A stretch of DNA of 64,000 nucleotides from the NCBI GenBank assembly GCA_023213395.1, contig CM041465.1, forward strand, positions 61,449,741 to 61,513,740, given 5' to 3'. Positions 54,498-64,000 of this stretch are shown piece after piece. Within the stretch, counting starts at the first letter, position 1; every line of letters begins with the position of its first letter. A program made the translations under genes and the position numbers. Under the pieces are notes generated by a model. It had not been told where the DNA came from. It was given only the letters and a program-made list of their open reading frames with translations, and did no database searches. The DNA is from Cycas panzhihuaensis (Eukaryota > Plantae > Cycadophyta).

Positions 54498-57312
54498 GGT
54501 GCTTGGATTCTTTCTTTGTCTTCTTGGTGATTATAACATAAGAAAGTCTTCACCTTTCTCTTTGTATCCTTTCCTTGTTTGTACCATTCAAGTCCCTACA
54601 ACAAAGATCATGTGCTCGATACCAAAATATGATCCCAAAAGAGCTTAGTTGGTGAAGAAGTCAATTATCAACCTTTTCTCCTTGAGATCCTGGGAGTTAG
54701 TGTAGAAAGCTCAATAACATCAAAACAACAATGAGCTTATGAAAGGAAATTCTACACCAAATTATTTATTCTTGACATTGATCTAAAAGTATGAGGAGTA
54801 GTACTTTTATTAAACTATGAAAATCTCCATTTAATGGTGGAGAAATCAACTAGCAAAAGAATGGTAAAATTACAAGGAATAAATGATACAATTATACCAT
54901 AAGGGGGACTTCAACCCTCCAAATGCCTCTCCAAGGATGCTTCCCAATTCAAGTCTCTAAGAACCACCTCTCCAACTTGTAGTAGGGCTCAATTTATAGA
55001 AAGAAACTAGAATTGCATGTTTAACAAGTGGCAATCATGCAAGTATAACCACTAACCACCAGAATGCATGTTGTCCAAGTGGCCTTCATGCAATTCTTAA
55101 AAAGTTACAGCTTGTAATAGATCTTAACAGACTCCAATTTGGATCAAATTTGGTACATGTATAGGAATCATGTCCCCTCTACTTCCTCAAATTTTTAGCT
55201 CATTTGGATGTCATTTGACTGCATTTTTATTCATTTAATAATAATATGTATTTGCTGTTTTTCTACTATCCAAGTGGCCTTCAAGCAATTCTTAAAAGTT
55301 GCAGCTTGTAACTGACCTTAACAGACTCTAATTTATCTCAAATTTGGTACACATATAGGAAAGCATGTATCCTCTGCTTCCTCAAACTTTTAGCTCATTT
55401 GGATGTCATTTGGCTACATTTCTATTCATATAATAACAATATATATTTTCTATTTTTTCTGCTAGCTGTGGGATAAATTTTATGCAAAAACAAGGCTTGA
55501 ACTCTAATCAAATGATATTTTCTGAACCCCACCTTTTGTACACATCTATGGGATGTGTCTTCTCCCTTTACACAAAATTTCATATAATTTTGATACCATT
55601 TGGCCATATTTCTTTCAGTTATACCAATGCCTAGAATTTTTCGCATCCTGTAAACATATGGTAGATCCTCCTGGATCAGGAGAACAATAGGAAAAGCATG
55701 TTTTTCGCTATAAAGATTCACATAAATTAGGAGTTACCTCATAATCAAAGAGAAGGGAAACTAAAACCCTACTTTCTTGATGGAGTTGGCCTTTTTTGAG
55801 GAAGGAAGGGCCTTGAACCGAAGGAGAATCAGCTGCAGATGCTTTATTGAGCTTAAGAGGAGAGTGATCCTACTGAAAAATCCTTGATTTAGAACTACAA
55901 CACTAGAGGTTTTGCCCTGCCAAGCACTGAGTGGAAGAAAAAAGGAAGAGTGGGGAGGAGAGAGTTGTCTCTTGATTATTAGAGCTTGAGAGAGCGATTA
56001 AGAGAGCCAAGAAAGAGCCAAAATGAGCTCAAAATTTATTTTTATGTCCCCATTAGTGTTTTATGGATGTTAGGGTTTAGTTTAGGTAAGAAAGACTCCA
56101 TAACGATGTGTCAGATTCGTAATAAATGTGAATCTAGCCATTTTCTAGTCATGACAATTAATGAACAGTCACCCTGCGACAAACTTTATGGTACCACAAA
56201 GTTTCATGTGGTGCTATAGAGTTTGAAGTAGTGTGAAGAAATATAAAAGAAAAATAAAAATAACCTAGAGAGTGATATAGAAGATTTGTCCAGGGGTATA
56301 AAAATAGAGATTGTTGGATTGGTAAGGTCTTTTAAGGGGATTTAGGAAGTGGTTGGGCTACCTAATATGTGGAAAGGGTGAAGACCAAACACCAATATCA
56401 ATGTAAAAATATGTAGACGAGCAAATAGGTTAAAACTCACCCTAAGGGTCATATAACAAGCTATAAGTGAGTCACTGTGGGCTACGAGAGCCCATGAGTA
56501 CCTACAAATTTTAAGAAGGTATTTCTTGGAGCTATGTAATGCTATAGGATCATGGTCATAGTCATCATAGGCTACAATAAAATCACAAGCAAGGGCTAGG
56601 CAAGTAAACCATATAACAAGATGAGTCATGTAATTATATCATGTTGTTAGAACCATAAATATATCTCATCATTCCATTAAAGTAAAGAGGGTGAGAGATG
56701 AGAATGCTTACCTAAGGGATGTCACTCCTGCCTATTCTTAGTGGTTAGAAAACATTGCCCCCTTGGCAGTAAAACCTTGTTGCTTAGAAGCATTTGACAA
56801 TGGTGAATGCTATCAATACAAAACAAGTTAGTAGCATCTATCTATATAGGTATGTCATCATCCAAGGGGAGTAGCATATGCCATGATGGGTCACGTGGAT
56901 AGAGACATGCATTTGGGAGAAGATAGGGATGTATGACCTACTCTATCCTCAGGGTACGGGACCCTAGGCCCAAGATGCACGAGAAACGAAGGCAAAATGG
57001 CATGGGGGTTACCCATATGACATTAGAGAGTGTAATACAAAAGGAAGGAGGGATAGGGGGTTGCCCCTATTACCTGCATATGCAATGCAAATGTTATACA
57101 TAATGTGAACAAAGTTAGAAGATATGAAAATACAAGCTAAACACCCATAAATATAAAGTGTGAATATGCAGAGGATTGTGCCATAGATGGTATGATAACC
57201 AAGTAAAGGAATAAACCTGTGGTCATCATAGTTTAACCTCATTAGTGGCCTGCTTTTGGGGGTGCTAAGGGGCTAGTTCGTGACATAAGCCTCTCAAGGG
57301 AGGAGGGTTGTC

Positions 57313-57742
57313 CTACAAACGTGGTGAGAGATCAGTTGGAGAAAGGAGGCGATGCTCTAAGACATAGTGGATAAGGATATTTGCCTTGGAATTTTAGTCT
57401 CGAGGGATATATTGGATATCCCCAAAGGAAAAGAAAGACAACAATGACCAAGCAGTCAAGGTGAGGGATCTCAAATGTAGGCAATGAACTTGGTAAACCT
57501 AGGATAGTTGTGATATAATAATCTAAGAATTATAATGAAGGATAATGGGGCCATGATGGAAGCAAATTACATTAATTAGGGCTTTGATAATGGCTATGTA
57601 CTCAGCTTTGTTATTCATAACCTTAGGAAAGTAGAATCTAGAACACATGTAATCATTCCTAGAGGGATCGTGGAGGATCCACATAATTGTGGAAGGCCTA
57701 GGGTTGCCTACTACTACCATCAGTAAAGATGAGTAGAACCAT
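57313..57742 (-). pseudogene. T3 stand-alone aRNH
   Basis: MVLLIFTDG (frameshift) GNPRP...NNKAEYIAIIKAL...HYNS...IPRD. Confidence 0.85.
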
Positions 57743-58410
57743 GGTAGAAAAAGGAGGAGGTTTATCTTGGTTTGTTAATGAAATAACTAAGAGCCCTGTC
57801 AAGGTGAAAAGGTATAAATAAGGTTATAACAAATCAAGATAACTTGATATATTAGGGATAAAAGGATAGAAAAGCCCTAGAGATAGGCTATTAGGCTCGT
57901 AGAGGGTCTTCCCATAAAACACATTATTTTGAGGCTCCCACAGGGCATGATAGGGCCAATGAGCACTTAGAAGGAGGAGGAGCTCTCGCCTAAAGCCTTA
58001 GGGGCTCAAATGAATGGAAAAAATGAATTTAGGATGCCAAAATGAGCTAAAGGAGTATAAACATGAGAAGGTTTTGGAGAGGCATGAAAATCAAGATGAT
58101 AGGGCTTCTAGTAGACTGAATAAACCCACAATAAATACATGAAAAAAGGAGGAAGAAGAGGCTTTAAGAGAAGAACAGAGGTTTGACCTTACAAGCAAAA
58201 GGAACAGAGGTGAAAAATGGGTCCTCAGAGGTATCTCATCAGTAGAAATGGAGGTGGCACCTCAGGAGGCCTTACGAATAAAAGGGCCTCATGTAATCTA
58301 GAGCCCTTCTATTTGAGAAGCCATGCCTTATCATGCTTCATGAGCTTGCTGTGGGAGATTCAACCATCAAATTTTGGCAAGGAGATAGTCATTGGGACCT
58401 AGACTAAGAG

Positions 58411-60840
58411 ATGGCAACCATGAGATAGATCTAGTGAGTGGATCTTACCTTAAGCCCCATTTTTTAGTCATTTAAAATTTAATGCTTATTTTTACAAATT
58501 TGGGCCCCATAAGGGCCATGGGGACCCTCTAAAGCTCATTAGAGTCCTAGGGAGGGGGAGGACTAGGGCATTAGGCAGTCTTAGTCCCAATGGACCAAGC
58601 TAGGTCCACTAAAAAAAAAATTAGATTTTTTGAGGCCACCTCCCATTTTTTAGGGGGGAAACCATGGCCCCACAACATTTGTCATAATGCTACAAAGTTT
58701 ATAGCGAGGCCCACAGAGAGTCTGAAAAATTTTAGTGAGGCTCATATCAATATCTATGGTACCATAGATATTAATACAGGGTAGAGGCCAAGTAAAGGAA
58801 AAAAGAAAGAAATTGACTTGACTGGATGGCTTCACCTTATTTAGGGTGGCTTAGGCCATCTGGAAGGAGGGATGAGATATAGTAGCTAGTTCGAGATAGA
58901 TTGACTAGTGGTTAGTGGTTGTTTGTAGGTGGTTCTTATGGATGACAACTATAAGAACACAGGGATGGCCATGGCTAGTTTTATTAAGATGATGAGATGG
59001 TAGGAGAGGATCGTCTTATGATGTTGCAGGCTATTGAAGGTGATCATGATACCTCAGTATATATTTGATCAGAGACTTCTAGTGGGCATCATGTCTCACT
59101 AAGATAGGAGGAAGCACATCTGTCATCTCCCATAGGTGGGAGATATTTCCATCATTCTGGGGGGCATTAAGAGGATTCTTGGAGTGCCAACAGGGGGTAC
59201 ACCAGCTTCCTTGGGAACCCTACCCAATACAGATGCTACTCATCAGGAGGTGACTAGGTTCATTATCGACAAGAGTAGATGGGATCATAAGGGAGTTTTT
59301 GTATAGGGTTTGGTTCTATCTAGAGTTCCTTGGGTGAGGAAACTCATCGCACTAACCATTCTATTCTAGATTTCCTAGAAATAAAATTATAGAGATATCC
59401 TTATTAGCTAGATGGCCACTATATAGAGGTGCAAGGTTGGAGAGAGGTTTGACTAGGTTGCGTTGATAGCAACTAATATTGTGGCTCATCTTGATCAGAT
59501 CATGACAACTGGGAGAGGATGCTTCTCATACTACACACTATTGTAGTATTGGTTTTTTTATCACTATGGAGGAGTGGCCCCATTAGGAAGACCACACTCT
59601 ATATATGCTTGGGTTCCTATAGTACACAGATAGTAGATACATTTTAAAGGTACTGAGGACCAGGTGCATGTATAATGCTCCATGGCAACCACCTCACTTG
59701 ACCTTCTCATGCTTAACAACTACACATTAGACCCATATCAAGTGATCCACTAGGAAAGTGATAAGGAGGGATGCGGTCTAGGGGATAAGCCATAGGATGG
59801 TGGAGATGAGGATGGAGGTGCTATAATAGAGCCAACAAGAGGTGCAAAGGTAGGCAAGAGAGTTATCGATAGGTTCTAAGTAAAAGTAGTGGCTATGGTA
59901 GTAGTAGCAAAGGCAACGATAGCTATAGAGAGAGAGGCTCCTAAAGGTGAGAGAGTAAAGGGAGGAGACATAGTAGTAACTCATGATGAGGGCAAGGAGA
60001 TGGTATCAGGGGTCAAGGAGGTAGAGGTAGCATTTAAGGGAGCAGTAGTAAATGAGGAGATCATATGAGAGGAGGAGTCAGTCATTCTAGGAGGTGAAAT
60101 TCTCCCTTAATTGTAACTTTAGCTTTTATTTAATCACTTACTACTTCCTTAGATATTTATGCTTATATTTCCATGTATATTTTGGACTAACATATGATGT
60201 ACATGGTTTAATAGGTGGTGAATAGATGGTGAGGCTAATAGAGGTGGTAGTTTATGAGTTGTTCCCATAGGTATATGAGGAGGGATAACCTCCCACCATG
60301 GAGAGTGAGGATCCTCGATTAGTAGGGCCACACACAGAAGCATTTCCCCCTGTAATTTGAGCATAACATATATAAGTGGTAGAGTCTTAGAAGCTCTAGG
60401 CGAGGGTGAGCCAATTGTAACATGCTCAGGATGGCCTACAGGTAGAGAGGGATTAATTGTAGATAGAGAAGGATTTACTATAGGGCCATGTGCGAGGGTT
60501 GGAGGCTCAGTTATGAGGAGCAAGGGGTGATTCTAGGAGCCAGGTATAGGTTGTCGTACTAGAGGAGAGGGTTCATAGAGTAGAGAGGGAGTAAGATCAC
60601 GTGGTGACTGAGAAGGATCATGTCCTAGTGAAGAGGGACCATTTATAGAAGTAGTATAACCATTTGGACTAGATGGTTGCCAGGTCATCATGCAGTAGGA
60701 CACAGATGATGACTACGACCCAATGGAGTGCACAAGATGAGGAGAGAAAGGTTGAGACCTCACAAAGATGTTGGAGGAGCCTAGGAGGGATGTGGTCTCT
60801 TTATGAGAGATCAAGTAGGCAAGGTGATGAAACCCCATGA
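58411..60840 (+). pseudogene. T3 antisense spliced PMD/coiled-coil gene (predicted exons 58411-58433, 58929-60093, 60215-60840)
   Basis: Exon 2 reads FDQRLLVGIMSH*DRRKHICHLP*VGDISIILGGIKRILGVPTGGTP, matching the PMD core W..tHTFH.P.GE.tItL.DV..ILGLP..G. Donors GTGAGT and GTGAAA; acceptors TTTGTAG and TTAATAG; branch ACTAAC at 60186. Confidence 0.78.
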
Positions 60841-61704
60841 GGGTGTGGTATCCAGGGGACTTATACATTATGTATTTTGACAGGAAAGCTTTAGACCTCT
60901 AGGGAGTTTTTTATCACATATGGATATATGATTGTACTCCTCCATGTAAGGATTTTGGCTTCCTAGGGAACATTACTAAGATGATATACCATATTGATCA
61001 TGATGTACTATATGATTTTGTATATATAGATAGGGGACACATTGGTATCCCATTTTGATGTATAATGGTGTTATTCATTATGTCTATGATGCTATTCGCT
61101 TAGTTTATGATGTTATTATTTTCTTGTAATGTAGTCTATTTTGTTTATGATCATAGATAGAAATAGACATGGATGTACATGGATATGGGTGTACAGATGC
61201 ACAAGGGATTGTGATAGCTAGGTTTGATTATTATATTATACTTTTGATTATATTATATATAGGCCATGCCCATGTGCTTCTTTTTACATAACCCTATTCT
61301 CATGCTAGGTGCATATGATCACCATGTATACAGTGGATGGTTAGGCATGGGACTAGGTGGAGGTACCACACACATTCCCTAAAAGGAATAAGGTGGCCAT
61401 TCCAAGGGAGTAGTGGTAAGGGGTATAGATACCCAAACAAAAGAAGGGCCTAAGTTAGGAGGGGACCCACACTCAGAAGCAAATGAGGTTCATTCGCCTA
61501 ACTAGGAGAAGGGAATGACTCCTTCAAAAAGGAGACAAAGAGATACAATACCAAAATAATGAAGTCAAGAGGATAGGGAGCCACCCCAAAGGATCATTAC
61601 ACCCTTTACTAGTAGGAATAATGGTGTGCCTAAGGTGGTAGTTTAGGCTCATTTTAGAGCAAAGGAGGATGTGACTATTCTATTCAGAAGTACAAAGAGT
61701 CACA

Positions 61705-63971
61705 TGTAAAACTTCTTTAAGAATTTTCCATTCATAACTTTCTCAAATTTGAGACCCTTAAACGTTGTTATCCTGTATGTGCCATTATCGAGGATCTTAA
61801 GGATGACAAAAGGGCCAACCCATTTGGGCCCAAACTTGGATATACGATCATGGAGGTAGTCAATCTTGAGGACATAGTCCCCAGGGTTTAGACGGTGAGG
61901 ACAAAGACATTCGTCATATGCCCTTCATGCCCTAGCCTTAGAGGTGAGTTTCACTTGGTAAGCTATTAAGCGTTTCTCATCCAAGGCTTTGAGATCAAGG
62001 AGGCGAGCTTAGTGGCCTAATTCCTCATCAACAAGACCTCAGAGAGAGACCTATAAGGAGGGGGTCTCCACTTCTAAAGGGATGACCAATTTAGTCCCAT
62101 TCATAAGGGAGAATAGGATCATCCTCATTACAATGTGAATGGAAGTGTGATAATACCATAGGGAAGAAGGGAGCTGAAGGTGTTAATATCTTTAGATTAG
62201 GCAATTATTTTCTTTAAAATATTAATAAGGATTTTGTTAAATGATTGAATTTGGCTATTGGCCTAGGGTAATAATGAGAGGAGGTTTTTTGAGATATCTT
62301 GAACTTCTCACAAAGTTCATCCACCTCCTTATTGCAAAAAGGTATGCCATTATCTATGATTAGGATGTTTGAGACCCCAAATCGACAGATAATATATTGA
62401 TAGATAAAGGTGGTAATGGTCTTACTAGTAGTAGATGAAAGTGGGATTTCTTTAGCCCATTTAGTAAAGTATTACGATGACTAAGGCAGAGTTATGGCTC
62501 TAATAAGTTCTAATACCCATTGGGAAAAAGGCCATGGGGAAATGATAAGATGTAGGGCCTCAGAAGGTAAGCGAATAACACTAACATACTCTTAGCACCT
62601 TCAGGAATGCTATGCATGAGCATGGGTGTCCTTGAAGAGGGATGACCAATAGTAGCCCATGTGAAGGATCCTTTGAGCCATGGATTAGCCCCTAAAATGG
62701 CCTCTACAAATGCCACTATGACACTCATGGAGGATTTGGTTTAGTTCGTTAGGGTCAATATAATAAAGGAGAATCCCATCATAGGATCTCTTGTATAATA
62801 CTTCCTTTATGAGGAAATATTGCCTAACTATAGCCCTAACACATGACTTTACCTTATTGCTAGCATTAGGAGGGTATCACTACTAGGTAAGATATTGTAC
62901 AATATCCCCATACCATTTGCTATTAGCTAGTGGATGGGGTGATGAGTCTTGAATAGTTTGGGTAGGCTAGTTGAGCTAGTTTGAAGGGTTAGGAATAGGG
63001 GCATTGGCTAGTTGCTTGGCACCTGCCATTCCTTTCTTTGATTTTCTGTTACTGATTTTGAGGTCATACTCTTAAAGGAGGATAGCCCATTTATTTGTCC
63101 TTCCAGTCAAGTTAGACCAAGTCAAAAGGTACCTCAATGGAGTAGATTATATGATCATATGAGTGGTGTTCTAGAGAAGGTAATGTCTAAACTTCTTAGT
63201 CATGTGGACTAAGGCTAGGAATTCCTTTTTGGTAGGAGGGTAGTTAAGCCCAACTACGACTAATATATAGTTGGTAAAATATATGGCACACTTGGTCCCT
63301 GAATCATCTTCTTAGGCTAGCATGGCTTCTAAGGACTCATCAGTAGCTAAGGTATAAAGGATAAAATGGTAATTAAGGAGAGGGGGTGCTAGGATTGGGG
63401 TAGAGGCCAAGGCTTTTTTAAGCTCTTAGAATGCCTCATAGGCTTTGGTAGACCATATAAATGGGCCCCCCTTCTTCAATACGTTAGTTAGAGGTCTGAC
63501 ATTTATGGCAAAGTCCACCAGGAAATGCCTAAGGAAACCTAACCTGCATAGAAATGACCTAATTTGGCATTGCATTTTAGGCAGGGACATGTCAAGAATG
63601 GATTTGAAACCTAAAAGCTTGTTGGTGGTCACAACAAATGTGCATTTGAGTGGGTTCAATCTAACATGGTACTTGCAATATCTTGTGAAGATAGCATGCA
63701 AGTCCTCAAGGTGATAGGCTCTCTTGTGGGAGAGGCCCATCATGGCATCCATAAAAACCTTAAGAGTCTTGTTTATAAGGTCATGGAAGACAAATTACAT
63801 CACCCTTTGATAAGTGATGCCTATATTCTTTAATCCAAAGGGAATTTCCTTATAGGTAAATATGCCCCACAGGGTGGTGAAGGCTATTTTGTGATGGTCT
63901 TTAAGGGATATTTGTATTTGGTTATACCTAGAGAAGCCATCCATCAAAGACATGGCTTTAAAACTAGCTGT
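61705..63971 (-). pseudogene. pol: T3 RT (partial)-RH-INT including the GPF module
   Basis: SLMDGFS.YNQ, RLNPLKCTF and KFGPKWVGPFVILKILDNG; homologous to T1 20990-23060. Confidence 0.92.
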
Positions 63972-64000
63972 GGTAGGATGACATGGATGGCTTTAATTGA

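Larger units (their letters stand above)
48944..55678 (-). mobile_element. Full-length CRM-like chromovirus (Ty3/Gypsy, 6.7 kb)
   Basis: LTRs 48944-49994 and 54630-55678 with TGAT...ATCA termini. TSD GGAGA on both sides. Met-PBS (reverse GCTCGATACCA, 54614-54624). PPT next to 49994. Confidence 0.96.
46804..63971 (-). mobile_element. Tat-like element T3 (3' LTR 46804-56754 split by the chromovirus; 5' part outside the window)
   Basis: TGGAAGTGTGCCTCTAGGGGGTCACT at 46804 is the reverse of the family LTR end. The other boundary at 56754 is followed by reverse PPT TTGCCCCCTTGG. aRNH, PMD gene and pol follow. Confidence 0.9.

Noticed and set aside
58340-58402. Upstream ATG frame (MSLLWEIQP.. / MRSVEEIQL..) as first coding exon of the PMD gene
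   Set aside because: It gives 94-95 nt to the donor, out of phase with exon 2, and contains stops. The start 24 nt before the donor fits phase 0. It could be a uORF.

Overview
The window is eukaryotic, AT-rich, CpG-poor plant intergenic DNA made almost entirely of nested, decayed LTR retrotransposons; I found no host gene, RNA gene or CRISPR array. From left to right it holds: (1) the 3' end of a Tat-family LTR inserted into a Copia RT-RNaseH; (2) several Copia remnants, including a non-autonomous element with a duplicated 1.25-kb leader; (3) a full-length 18.1-kb Ty3/Gypsy Tat-like element (13085-31225, TSD ATATG); (4) a second Tat-like element on the minus strand, with a complete Copia in its LTR and a third Tat-like element in its gag; (5) a complete CRM-like chromovirus (48944-55678, TSD GGAGA) inside the third element's LTR. 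The most interesting structure is a cassette between integrase and the 3' LTR of the Tat-like elements. It has a stand-alone archaeal-type RNase H ORF in the sense direction in all three copies. Head-to-head with it is an antisense, apparently three-exon, spliced plant-mobile-domain (PMD)/coiled-coil gene, complete in two copies and reduced to exon 1 in the third; splice sites and intron phases are conserved between diverged copies. The element types suggest a gymnosperm-like host, but this is inference. All alignments and translations were done by eye.
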